IMG/VR virus record: IMGVR_UViG_2731957577_000001
Coordinates: 1 to 64,000 of that record
Length of the DNA stretch: 64,000 nt
Strand: one strand, 5' to 3'
Origin: a virus
Taxonomy: Duplodnaviria; Caudoviricetes
The notes beneath the pieces are model-generated. The model was not told the DNA's origin. It made no database searches and worked only from the letters and a program-made list of their open reading frames with translations. The position numbers and the translations under genes are program-made. Shown here one piece after another: positions 27,603-39,000 of this stretch (the first letter of the stretch is position 1; the number at the start of each line of letters is the position of its first letter).

Positions 27603-29236
27603 TGGCTCAGTACACAATCAATTCGCCAGGCAGTTCCAACATGACATTGCCGTCTACCCTCTCAGCAGGCGACATTCTTGTGTTCAACTGGAGTCCAAAC
27701 CCACTAGCATGGAGTCCTCCTGAATATGGAACATACAAAATAACGGCTTATGGAGCAAAGGGTGGCGGAACGAACGGTGGGGCTGGGGGGATTGTACAAG
27801 GAACCCTTACTCTGCTCCCTACAGATGTCGTACAGCTTTCTATATATGCTGCTGCAACTGGGGCATCTGGTGGCACAGGTGGTGGCCCTGGTGGGAATGG
27901 AGGGTACTCATCGGCTGGTGAAAATGGATACCGTGGCGGCAAGGCTACATTATGTAACTTAAACGGAGCATTGATTCTTGCGGCAGCAGGAGGCGGTGGA
28001 CAAGGAGGAAAGGGAGGAGACACACATTATGGTACCACTACGTTGTATGGGACAAGCGGTGGTGCAGGATCTCCTGGTGGATCTGGGCAAGACGGAAATC
28101 CAGGAACTGGAACTGGAGGCGGAGCTGGTGGTACCGTTTCCTCTCCTGGAGGACAAGGCGGAAAAGGTGGTAAAGTAATTTATAGTAACAAAACATATAG
28201 TGGTCAAACAGGATCAGATGGAGCACCTGGAGACACACCGTACGATGGATCTGGCGGTGGTGGCGGAGGTGGTGCTACCTGGGCTTCGAGCGGTCAAGGT
28301 GGTTTTGGCGGAGGTGGTGGGCGAGGAGGAGACAACTATCTCGATTCCTCTCTCACAGATTCATCCGTGTTGGCCACATTTAACACTGGAGACGGCCGAG
28401 TCGAGATTGCAGTTGTTTCAGTCGCACAGAACAAATATCTAATTCAAGATGGAAACGATATTAAAGCGTTTGTATCTGGCGCATGGACAACGGTAGGGCA
28501 AGAGCCTATTACCAAGGCCATGTTTGACTCTTATGGTATGACCGATCTGTCTGTCCTAACGGATGCCGCTCTTCGTCAGCTCAATTCCACTTCACCACAG
28601 CTCCTGTGTTGGACAGATGAAACCGGATCTCCATCCAGAACACAAATCATTACGGGGATTCCTCCGGCCAAACTCATTCTGCCTATAGGAGACATTGAAG
28701 TACCAGATGGGATTGATTCTGTCAATCTTGATGTCACCACGTCAGGATTTGGCAAGGTAATTATTGTGGTGAGCGTAGATGGGGGATTAACATGGCAATC
28801 GCATGCATTAGGTGGATGGACCCCCGTAGATATCTCCTATCTTGAAAACGTCGGTGCGAATGGGATGTTGCCGGATCAAGTCAATGCTTTGACGGCCGAT
28901 GAATGGGCGGCGTTGGGCGTCACGGACAAAATTCGTTTTGCCTATTATCTCGATCAGTTATACAGCACCGACACCGCACAAGTGAATTCACTGACTATCA
29001 ACGAGCGGCAATACACCCTGACTCCAACCGTCTCCAGCCTGGATGTCATCTACAAATTGCTCAATGCTTCAAACCCGACGTTTTATGTATCGCGAGATGA
29101 TGGGGTGACGTGGAAAGAAGTCGAGCCGGATACGTTGGTTGACCTCACGGATCTTCCAAGCGGGAATCAGATTCGCATCAAAGCCGTCTTACAAAGTGGG
29201 CAAGAGATCTATGGCTATTCATATTCTTGGGTATAA
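27599..29236 (+). CDS. Glycine-rich tail fibre / receptor-binding protein
   Basis: YKITAYGAKGG, AAGGGGQGG, GDGRVEI glycine-rich domain, followed by the scaffold shared with the 24018 ORF (YLIQDG..GMTDLSVL..IRFAYY). Confidence 0.7.
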   Translation: MMAQYTINSPGSSNMTLPSTLSAGDILVFNWSPNPLAWSPPEYGTYKITAYGAKGGGTNGGAGGIVQGTLTLLPTDVVQLSIYAAATGASGGTGGGPGGNGGYSSAGENGYRGGKATLCNLNGALILAAAGGGGQGGKGGDTHYGTTTLYGTSGGAGSPGGSGQDGNPGTGTGGGAGGTVSSPGGQGGKGGKVIYSNKTYSGQTGSDGAPGDTPYDGSGGGGGGGATWASSGQGGFGGGGGRGGDNYLDSSLTDSSVLATFNTGDGRVEIAVVSVAQNKYLIQDGNDIKAFVSGAWTTVGQEPITKAMFDSYGMTDLSVLTDAALRQLNSTSPQLLCWTDETGSPSRTQIITGIPPAKLILPIGDIEVPDGIDSVNLDVTTSGFGKVIIVVSVDGGLTWQSHALGGWTPVDISYLENVGANGMLPDQVNALTADEWAALGVTDKIRFAYYLDQLYSTDTAQVNSLTINERQYTLTPTVSSLDVIYKLLNASNPTFYVSRDDGVTWKEVEPDTLVDLTDLPSGNQIRIKAVLQSGQEIYGYSYSWV

Positions 29237-29251
29237 GGAGGGCGTGAAAAC

Positions 29252-30307
29252 ATGGATGTCATCAGCCTTGGTATAGCATCGTCTGCATACAGCGCGGAAG
29301 AAAAGATGCGCAATCAGACATTGGGACCGGATGTGACGGGATCGTTCCCGAACACTAAGTCCCGTATTGATGCAATTGATAAGTCCTATGCCGGCGTCGT
29401 CGAAACCGCCAATCAACTTATCATCAATGACGCGATCAACATCATGAAGGCGAACGCCAAGCTGAATGCCGTGGCCAAGTCGATGAGGTACAAGCATCAG
29501 AACATGATTTTCGACGACCTTCTTGACGCTAATGGGATTGATGCAAGCAAGAGTTCGGGATATACCGTCGATACCACGAATGGACTGGTCAAATCTTCTG
29601 GATCTGAACCGGCGACCATTGTAACAATTCAAGAACTTGCGGATGCGGTTCCGCAAGAAGCTGTGTTAGTTGTCGAAGAATCTGTACCGGCATATACTGC
29701 AATTGTTCCAGTGATGACAAGCAACACATCTCCTGCGGGATATGTCGCTTCAACAAACACATCGACTCCAGCATATTATGCGTTTGACGGAGCTGCTCCC
29801 GAATGGGGAACAGGAGATAGTAATACGACGGGGTGGGTTCAGATCGACTTACCGTCGGCTGCGAAACTCGATAAACTCACTTTGTCGATCAATAACGCTC
29901 CTTGGTCCACTCAATGCGCTCCAAAAACATTCGATATTCTTGGATTTAATCCAGATACACATGCATGGGAAACTATCCAGTCATTTACCGCTGGAGCCTG
30001 GTCTGATAACATGATACAGGAATTTACTGTGAATTCTACAAGAACATACACCTCCTATAAACTTAATATAAACACTGTCAACGGAGGACAAAACTTGTGG
30101 GTCGAAAATGTCGGTCTTTATCAACTGAACACAGGTATCATGGGAACGTACTATATTTCTCGTGACGACGGTGTTACATGGGAACAGATTATCCCTGAGC
30201 AACTCTTCTACTTCACAGCCAAGTCTCCACAAGACAAGAAGATTCGCCTGAAGGCTATGTTGCCTCCCGATGTCTCGTTACTCAATTATGGACTCACCTG
30301 GACCTAA
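29252..30307 (+). CDS. Tail fibre protein with discoidin (F5/8C)-like domain
   Basis: VPVMTSNTSP..AFDG..W..WVQIDL..PKTF..YKLNI; SRDDGVTW scaffold end. Confidence 0.7.
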   Translation: MDVISLGIASSAYSAEEKMRNQTLGPDVTGSFPNTKSRIDAIDKSYAGVVETANQLIINDAINIMKANAKLNAVAKSMRYKHQNMIFDDLLDANGIDASKSSGYTVDTTNGLVKSSGSEPATIVTIQELADAVPQEAVLVVEESVPAYTAIVPVMTSNTSPAGYVASTNTSTPAYYAFDGAAPEWGTGDSNTTGWVQIDLPSAAKLDKLTLSINNAPWSTQCAPKTFDILGFNPDTHAWETIQSFTAGAWSDNMIQEFTVNSTRTYTSYKLNINTVNGGQNLWVENVGLYQLNTGIMGTYYISRDDGVTWEQIIPEQLFYFTAKSPQDKKIRLKAMLPPDVSLLNYGLTWT

Positions 30308-30329
30308 ACTCTCATGAGGAGTGATTCCA

Positions 30330-30773
30330 ATGGCACGCGAAGTCTTTAGCCTTGTTTCCGACGAAGTCCGTCAAGAGACCGTTCTTCGTTATCAAATCTT
30401 GAACGGCCAGATTACACCAGAAGTCTATGCGACGTTGGATCCTGACACACAAGCCAAGATCAACAAGATCCTCTTTGACATTGCCTCCGAGAAATCAGAC
30501 CCCAATATCGGCGCATCCTGTCTCGAGTTTGTTCTTTTCACCTTCATGCGTCTCATGCTCAAGCGCCTGAATGGAGAAGCCTTCACGGATGAAGACATGG
30601 GGATCCAAGAAGGACTCAATCAGATCCTTGCCATGCATGAAATCACCAATGGCACCCCAAGGTCTGAGTGGCTGTTTGACTATCTTCTGTATACACAGGC
30701 GAAAGCCCAAGATTTTCTGCAAAACCGAAAGGAGCATATTGAACGCAAGAAAGCTGTAATCGGAGACGTGTAA
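30330..30773 (+). CDS. Hypothetical protein, possibly fibre assembly chaperone
   Basis: GAGGAG RBS before ATG 30330; helical; last gene of the fibre cassette. Confidence 0.5.
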   Translation: MAREVFSLVSDEVRQETVLRYQILNGQITPEVYATLDPDTQAKINKILFDIASEKSDPNIGASCLEFVLFTFMRLMLKRLNGEAFTDEDMGIQEGLNQILAMHEITNGTPRSEWLFDYLLYTQAKAQDFLQNRKEHIERKKAVIGDV

Positions 30774-30792
30774 TGTCCGTCATCAATGCAAA

Positions 30793-30821
30793 TTGGTCAG
30801 TTCATGAATGAGGAGTAGAAT
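30793..30821 (+). promoter_or_regulatory. Possible sigma-A promoter for the Fn3 gene
   Basis: TTGGTC-17 bp-TAGAAT in an intergenic gap. Confidence 0.3.
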
Positions 30822-30893
30822 GGGTTCATTGGAAAATGGTCGTAACCGCTCTTCATAGAGGGGTTATAGCATATCCACAAAGGAGTGATAGGG

Positions 30894-31526
30894 ATGCCGC
30901 TTGAGTCGCAACAGTCGAATCAAGTCACCGTGATGGTGAGTGACGCACTGGCTCCTGCCAAGGTTCAAAACCTGCGGTACACGGTATCGCAAGGAAAAGT
31001 GTCCTTGGCTTGGGATCCGGTAACGACCAACTCGGATAGTTCGCCACTCACTGACCTGGCTGCGTACCGCGTCTACCGCAAGGACGACGAGGGTTCCTCG
31101 CCGGTACTGGTGGGTACGGTGGCTTCCACAATCGACAATCAAGTCACCAACTTCGACGACACGACGATGCTCGATGGCGCGAGCTATCTGTACATCGTCA
31201 CGGCGGTCGACAACGAAGCGACCCCGAACGAGTCGGTGGCCTCGGACGAATTGCCGGTCAAGACCATCCCATCGGTGCCTCAGAACCTGCAGGCGACCTC
31301 GGGCGACGGTCATACACACCTCACCTGGGACTCGGTCCTCGATGGCGGCAATGCCAAGAAGAACGAGAACCTGGCGGGGTACAATGTATACCGTTCGGAC
31401 GATGGGGGCGCGACCTTCAACAAGATTGGGTCGGTCGACAAGAACACCCTCAGCTACCAGGACAACACGGTGGCCATTGGCCAGCAGTACATCTACGCGG
31501 TCACGGCGTTCGACAACAGTCCGTGA
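30894..31526 (+). CDS. Tandem fibronectin type III domain virion protein
   Basis: Two Fn3 units (P..VQNL..VSLAWD..YRVYR..YIVTAVD; PQNL..LTWD..YNVYRS..YAVTAFD); AAGGAG RBS. Confidence 0.85.
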   Translation: MPLESQQSNQVTVMVSDALAPAKVQNLRYTVSQGKVSLAWDPVTTNSDSSPLTDLAAYRVYRKDDEGSSPVLVGTVASTIDNQVTNFDDTTMLDGASYLYIVTAVDNEATPNESVASDELPVKTIPSVPQNLQATSGDGHTHLTWDSVLDGGNAKKNENLAGYNVYRSDDGGATFNKIGSVDKNTLSYQDNTVAIGQQYIYAVTAFDNSP

Positions 31527-31542
31527 TGTCAGCGTAACTTTT

Positions 31543-31575
31543 GGGCATCCGGCGTTTGCCGGGTGCTCTTTTCTT
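31543..31575 (+). terminator. Intrinsic terminator
   Basis: GGGCATCCGGC-gttt-GCCGGGTGCTC followed by TTTTCTT. Confidence 0.75.
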
Positions 31576-31600
31576 ATCCTGAGAATGACGATATAATCAG

Positions 31601-31614
31601 TGTAATGCGTTACA
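31601..31614. promoter_or_regulatory. Palindromic operator-like site 1
   Basis: TGTAATGCGTTACA, 3 bp downstream of TATAAT (31592-31597). Confidence 0.6.
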
Positions 31615-31624
31615 TGTAGGGAGT

Positions 31625-33082
31625 GTGAGGGCCTTGAGCTACTCATACATATCTCCAAATGGGGACATCCTCATTGTCTCCGATGCCGAAATTAACTGCA
31701 CTCGGCTCGTGAATTCGGATGTTCAATCGGATCCTGTGGCCGTCGATGAACCATTCTACCAAGACTACCGGCCAACCCATCTTCAGTTTCAAATCCAATC
31801 ACCCGTCCAGGAACAAACCCTCCAGATCACCATCCCGTACTTGAATAAGCTATCCACCTTGGAAGCACGGCATGCGGTCATCTGTCTGCATGATGACGAC
31901 AACAAAGTCTGGCGGGTCTTGGAGACCACCGTCAATGAAGATGGCAAAACACTCATGGCAACGGCCAATCAGGTCGGAATGATCGCGGTTTTCTTGAACA
32001 AGTATTGGTATTCGGCGCGTGCACAGATCATGGCGGATACTTTTCCAAGCTGGACATATATTCGGCAGTCCTCCAAAAGTATCGGCCAGCTTTTCTTGAA
32101 CTTCTTTGGCCTCAAGCTCGAGGAAGTCGAAGAGCAGCTCAATTTGATTGAAAGCCAGAAATATATTGGCACGCTCCAAGTCGAGATGCTCGATTGGATT
32201 TATATTTATGAGTTGCCCAGTGTTCAGCCGACCGATGACCTGACACTGTACAACGACGGCCGGCCCATTCCGATTCTGGATACCATCGAGCAGTTCTTCT
32301 ACAACGACCTCGATGATGGCGGGATCATCGATTACGACAATCGACGATTTTACTCCCGATTCAAATACGACAAGTTCAGTGGACTCATCAATAACGTGAA
32401 TCAGCGTGTTTCCTTTGAGTCCACACCCATTCCACAGCTGCTTTGGAACGCGTTTGACGAATTTGGTCTCCTCGTAGGACTCGCGCGCCTGCCTATGGAG
32501 ACCAATGCTCAATTCAAGGAACGCATCCTCGATGTCTTCCGTTATCCGGCTAACTCCGGTGACGAAGGACTCACCAATGGGATTGCCCGCGAACTGGGCC
32601 TTGTCCAACGCGTCACATGGGCCAATGATTCGAAGCATCTGTACCTCAAAGGCCGCAGCATTGACCCAAGAAGTCTCCGCGTAGATGGGCAGACGTTGCA
32701 ACCCAATGAGTACAAGCAAGATGAGTTCGGCAACATCATCGTCTTGGCTAGAGGAAATGGCGGATCTCACGTGGTCTCGTTCATCGCCGGAATTGAGAAG
32801 TATGAGCTACATGATCAAACGAATGAACAACTCTACCAGCTCATGTTTACCCCAGATGGACAGGCAACCCCATTGCTTCGGAATTGGGTGGCATACATTG
32901 AGAAAGTGGCGCCGATCATGTGGGGACGGTTCACCTGGGATGAAGGCTCCTGGGACACGATTGACAAGGCGTTTACGGGCCTTGGTTATCTGCCAAACAT
33001 GTGGGACTCCGACATTGAAGTCTGGAAGAACTACACCTTTGATCCAAAGCGGTGGGAGAGTGAAAGTATATGGCGTTCGTGA
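31625..33082 (+). CDS. Virion structural / baseplate-associated protein
   Basis: 485-aa ORF with NAFDEFGLLVGLARLPMETNAQFKERI, a wedge-like motif; overlaps the start of the next gene. Confidence 0.6.
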   Translation: MRALSYSYISPNGDILIVSDAEINCTRLVNSDVQSDPVAVDEPFYQDYRPTHLQFQIQSPVQEQTLQITIPYLNKLSTLEARHAVICLHDDDNKVWRVLETTVNEDGKTLMATANQVGMIAVFLNKYWYSARAQIMADTFPSWTYIRQSSKSIGQLFLNFFGLKLEEVEEQLNLIESQKYIGTLQVEMLDWIYIYELPSVQPTDDLTLYNDGRPIPILDTIEQFFYNDLDDGGIIDYDNRRFYSRFKYDKFSGLINNVNQRVSFESTPIPQLLWNAFDEFGLLVGLARLPMETNAQFKERILDVFRYPANSGDEGLTNGIARELGLVQRVTWANDSKHLYLKGRSIDPRSLRVDGQTLQPNEYKQDEFGNIIVLARGNGGSHVVSFIAGIEKYELHDQTNEQLYQLMFTPDGQATPLLRNWVAYIEKVAPIMWGRFTWDEGSWDTIDKAFTGLGYLPNMWDSDIEVWKNYTFDPKRWESESIWRS

Positions 33083-36000
33083 CGTTTGACTATAAACTTC
33101 AGGCCTTGATCCAACCCATCCTGACTCGCTACTTCAACTATCAGATTTGGGCCAACTGCACCATCGATAACAATGGATCCACCCAGACGGTCACCGAACT
33201 GGTCTACACCGGTCGAGGTTGTGTCACCTCTCTCAATGACAGCCTGAACTCGGCCAATACCCTCGATGAACACACCGTCGAATATCTGGCGACCACGGGT
33301 GTGAACCAGTTACGAGACCAGTATGCCGGCATGACCGTCACGGTGGATTCGTATACCATCGTCTCGACGGATCCGCGGGTCTCTGTGATCTGTCCTCCAG
33401 ATGGAAGCGCACAGCCACTCGCTTGGTGCAGCGACCTGGTTCAAGACGAGGTGGAGGTCGAAACCACTTGGATTCAAGGGCCGACAATTGATACATCTCT
33501 GTACAACTCTCCAGACCAGATGATGCCGCTCTTGGAGACGAACATTAAGGTCCATCTGGCCCGTTTTGCCACGGCCCCACTTCCAGACAACTACAACATC
33601 ATCTCTCTGCTGGCCACTTCGGATAACGAAGCCGTCGTCATGGAGCTTCAAGATGACAACCTCTTTGTGTTTGCCCAAGATGCTGGAGACTTTCCGCCAG
33701 AATTGGTCGTGGACGAAGACACGGTGACGCTGGTACAGGGCATGACCGGGACTCTCAATATCCAGATGCTTGTCGGCGGTGAGAGCGTCGACCGCATGGA
33801 TGAACTGCAGGTTTACATCAATGATCCGTCCATTGTGTCCCTCGTCAGCGTGGATGACAACGGCGTCGTCTTGCAGGGCACCAATGTCGGTACCACGACG
33901 GTTTCTCTGTCCTTCCTCACCTCGAATGTCATTGTCACCGTTCAAGTGGTGGCACCCCAAGGACAATTGGACTTCAGTAAATCTGTTCAAACCTCGTATG
34001 TCGGGGACCCAACGGAGATTCATTTCCATGCCACTTACGAAAATGGCAGTCGGTTTGACATCGCCTCATCGATCCTGGCACTGGTGGATGGAGACGCAGA
34101 GATCCAAAAGATCGACGAATCCACGTATGCGGTGACGCCGCATGCCTCTGGGATCCTTACGATGTCGATTTCCGTGACCGGGGCAACGGGCGACCCGATC
34201 AACGCCACAATCAAAATGCCTGTAAAGGACAAGCAATTGAACCGATTCTTCATCACGCCACGAGAGCTCCAGGTGGTCAAGGGCCAGCCGTTTACGGTCA
34301 CGGCCAACTATGATGTGCCGGATCCGGAGATGACCGTGGATGAATCGTTGATTACCTGGACCGCTTCGGATGAATCCGGCCCGATTGGACTGGAGGTTCA
34401 GAGTGGGCGGAGCATCACCCTCACCCCTCAGAACACAGGTGAGTTGACGATTCAAGCCCGCTTGTACAATGGCGCGGACTCCGTTGTGGCGACCGTGTAT
34501 GGAGAAACCGAGCCTTTTATTACGGTCAGTGCGGAATCGGTTCTCCTAAAGCCGAATGACACCGTGACTCTGTTTGCTCAAGTCGTCAATGGTCAAAATC
34601 AGCCGATTGATTGGTCGGTGGAAGACAATGGGCTCATCAAAGTCCTGAACCAGAGCGACAACTCGATTGAGATTCAAGGGCTTATCGATGGCACCGCTGT
34701 GATTCATGCTCGTGCGCTCGGGATGCAGAAGGATATCACCATTAGTGTCAGCTCGGTGGAATTTCAGGCCAGCGATGACCCGGATCCCATTCAGATGGAT
34801 CCCGGTGATCAAAACACCTACTACTTCCCGACTGAAGATGCTCCTGAACAGTGGGGAGACCCAGGCACGCCCTCTTCCTATGTGGATGGTGGCGGCATTC
34901 TCACAGAGATCTACGGGAACGGAAGCGGAACAGAGGACCCGACCTATGCCTTTTACTCTGGCATCGGAGACAATGACGATCTGTTCGTCAAAAAACCACA
35001 GTTTGAAAACACGGTCCAGAAGTTCAACTATGCGGCTCGGATGCGCGGAAAGAAAAAGCATAGCGTGATGATCTATCCAGAGATCGACTTCCAGTATTCT
35101 ATTCAGTACAAAGGTGACTTCTTTACGGATTACAACGAGTCGCCATTCAAGTTCGAAGTAGACGCCTATCCGCAGCGGGACTTTCACTTTACCATCAATG
35201 AAACCCGCAAGCTGCAGTCCTTGCGCGACTACTCGGTGAAGATGACGATTGGCGGAACCGTCCCGAAAAAGACGCTGCAGTATGCGGTCGAGTGGACCGG
35301 TGCCTATGAAATTTCCAACACGATCGACATCCGTGCCTTGTTCGACAAGAATTCAGGGGAAGGCCATTTTGTGGGGGCTGGAAAAGATACCTGGGAACTT
35401 CTCTCCAATGGTCATGTCGTCGACCACAGTAACCAGAGCCGTTTCAGTGGGTCCATTGCCAGAAACACCCAATATTTCAATCCAACATGGGCCTATAATG
35501 ACTTTGAGGTTCACTTTACGCCTGTGATCGACTTAGTCACTGACTATCACGCTCCCCTCTGGGGCAATGACGACGATATTATCGGTGTGATTTTTAAGGC
35601 GCAGAACGACTGGAAGAACTTCTACTGCTTCATGTGGGAACGGGATGAACGGGTGCAGTATTCTTGGCGCGCCGGCAACAACCTGGATGGTCTTCCCCTT
35701 GGTTTCACAGACTCCGAGTGGGAAGCCCATTGCGTCACCGAGAAATATCAGGATCCGTGGAGTAACTATGTCCACAATCTCGGATGGGGAGACCGGCATT
35801 ATCGAGTGTACCGATGCAAAAATGGAAAGTTTTATCGGGTCAATACGCCTGACCTCTCCAATGGAGATGGATGGGTCTATGAAAAAAGCAATGGCATTCG
35901 GATTCACGCGGATGGCAATCACATTCAAATTTACATCCTGCCATCCGGAGCAAGCAACTGGAGGAAAGTCTTTGAGTTTGATACGGAATATGAAACCGGG

Positions 36001-39000
36001 AGCTTTGGTCTCTTTAACATCTCCCAGGCAGTCGAATTTACGTCTTGTACGATTACTCGTTGGCAGCCGATTTCCGGACGTGTACCGGATTCTCCGAACT
36101 GGGATAGCTGGGACGGCATTGGTACGAAGACACTTGCCTCTTCCGGCAGCGACTATGTCGATGCGGATGTGAAGAAAGCCGCGGGAGGAAAACCGTATGA
36201 AATCTTATCGGTGAAAGGTGTCGTCAAGGATTCTTCGGCCGGTAAGATCGACGCGAGTCTCAATGGTGCAGTGACCATTACCACGACCAACCCGCCGGAT
36301 GCCGGGAAGTCGGTTGACACGGAGTTCATTAAACAGGGCACGGTGACGATTACGCCCGATAACACGAGTGAATCAACCGCCGTTGTCGTATTCAGCGATC
36401 CATCCACCTTGTTTACCGATGAGATCAAGCAGTTTAAGGAAAACAACCCGACGTTGGTCAATGTCACGCCGACCTACACCTTGGAGGAGCCAACGTCATC
36501 CGATGAGGAGTTTAGTTTCGACGGGAAGACCCTCAAGATGTGGAAGAGTGACCCGCCCACCGAGACGTCGAGCAAGGACTTCACCTGCTCGGTCTATGCA
36601 TATGAGGGGTGGAAGACGGCGGCAACGCTGACCAGCTTTGAGGGCGGCCCGTGGGCCACCTACACGGTGACGATGAATGAGGCCGATTTTAACCCGGATT
36701 ATGACCAGGTCCGTTGGCATATCGCGGGTGACATCAAGAACCCGGCCAAGGACAATGACTATCTGGAGATCAAGACCACCGAATGGTATCACGGCATCTG
36801 GCCGGCCGACGTGAAAAACGAGGGAACGGTAAACAGTGAACAGCGGCTGTATATCGACATTCCGCCAATGCCTGAACACTATGTCGAGCCGCATACAGGA
36901 GAAGTCATGTACCACGGATACGACAAGGTGGACTTTCTCTTAACCAAGGATCCGGTCGGCAAAGACGCCGTGTGGATGTACTTTAAATCCAACCCGAATA
37001 TCACAACGAGAAATGCAGCGTCACTGTGTCCGATCAACCCGATCAATGGGTATCCGGTCATCAAGACGAATCTCATTAACGATCAAGTCGTGGTGGTCTG
37101 TGATCCCGACCCGAGGTACATCCCCTGGATCAGTGGTAAGTATATTGGCTATGGAAAGGTCAATGGGAAACGGCCCTTTTTCTCGGATAACACCGGGAAG
37201 GCCGATATGATCAATGTCCCGACGGATGTCGTATACCTGCCGCCAAATCTGGTGAATATCCAAGGGCCGTTTGTCGAAGTCGACGATCCGAGGGTGCAGG
37301 TATCGGTGAATCCAGACAAGACCGTGAACTTCAGCTCAGACTACATGGACGCCTACGTCTGGTACACCGACTGGTATACGGATTGGGTGAATGATCCGAA
37401 TAACTACTTTGCGACACTCGATCAGCCCACAGAAATCACCGATCCGGTGTACATTGACCCAACGCTCGCGCCGGACTACGACGAAAATGTCATCATCGAC
37501 CATGTAGAAGTGACGAGCAACAACCCCTTCGTGGCGACATGGGTGAATCCGGCGCCAACCGATACGCATGGCTTGCTCGGCACGTATTACAAGATGCCGA
37601 ATCGCATCGACCCAACTCGCGAAAAGTTCCAGGTCACTGGCGACTATCGCTTGCGCCAACAGGTCTTCACCGTCAATGAGCCGGTCGATGAATACCGAGA
37701 ACCCGGAACTCCGGTGTCCGAGGCCTTTTTGCCGGGTATTGCGCCCATTGTCGGTACCGTGCCTGACCGACAAGTCGTGGATGTCACCACCATCTTTGTG
37801 CCGGCCGGCCAACCCGTCTTGAAAATCTTAGGGGCATTCTTTGGGCCATCCGGTGACCACTATCCGGATCTCCAGGTGACAGCCCCGAATGGAGAACAGT
37901 TTGGAATCGCTGCGAACAATGGCACATGGAGTCAGACGGCCATCTCGATCACTCAGTTCGCCAATGGCACTTCGATCAAATCCTGCAGTCAGTACAGCTT
38001 TGCGGGAGAGAACGATCTGTATGACCTGATGACGTTCACCAATCCGATGACGGGTGTGTGGAAGATACAGGTCTACAACGGTGGCATTGAGTCGTCGGAA
38101 TACACGGTGACAACCAACATCGGTACTCTTCTTCAAAACGCATTCACGCTTCAGCACGTTCCCGATGCGTGGAATGTGAAGGTGAAAGTCAATGGCACAC
38201 CCATTCCCGGATTTACCGTCGATGGCAGCACGGTGACGATTACCGATCCACTGAACAAGGACGACGTGGTGGAGATTGACTACACCACAGGTGGCCTTCA
38301 GGTGGACGCCCTGCCCATGCAGTCGGAATTTGAATTCCAGGACTCGCCACCGTTCACGATCGTCAGCGTTCAACGCAATGGCGTGGACATCCCAGAAGAC
38401 CCAACCAATGGCTATACGGTGCAGGATGATAAGTTCTATCTGCATGGCAGCGCGCTGACACCCGGAGACGTCGTGGTCCAATACGCGATGGGTTCCGTGA
38501 ACAATGTCTTCACCTTGGCCAATCCCGTGGGAGAAGGCGTCGAGGTTTATCTCAATGGGGTCAAGCTCGATCCGTCTCAATACACGGTCTCAGGAACCAC
38601 GCTCGTCATCCAAAAGAGTCTCTTGCATCTGAATGACTGGGTTCATATTCAGTCGTATCAGTTGCTTCCGGGCTTTGATACCTCAAAGAACAATTACTTG
38701 GGCGAGTTCCAGTTCTCGCGGATTGACCCGGCGATCAACTTTGATTGGGGATACAGCTCTCCGTTTGCCGAAGAGACGTCCCCGGTACAGGCCAGTGAAT
38801 TCACGATCGAAGAAGTCATCCCGGATACCGCGGACTTCGATTTCATCCTGGATGCGACCGTCGTGTATCCGACGAATAGTCCCATCAGCATCGATAACTT
38901 TACAGGGACTTGGGTGGAGTTCGATACGGATCCCACCAGTAAAGGTAATTGGCATGGACCGCCGGAGGACGGTTATACGGACGTTACCAACTTGGAAAAT

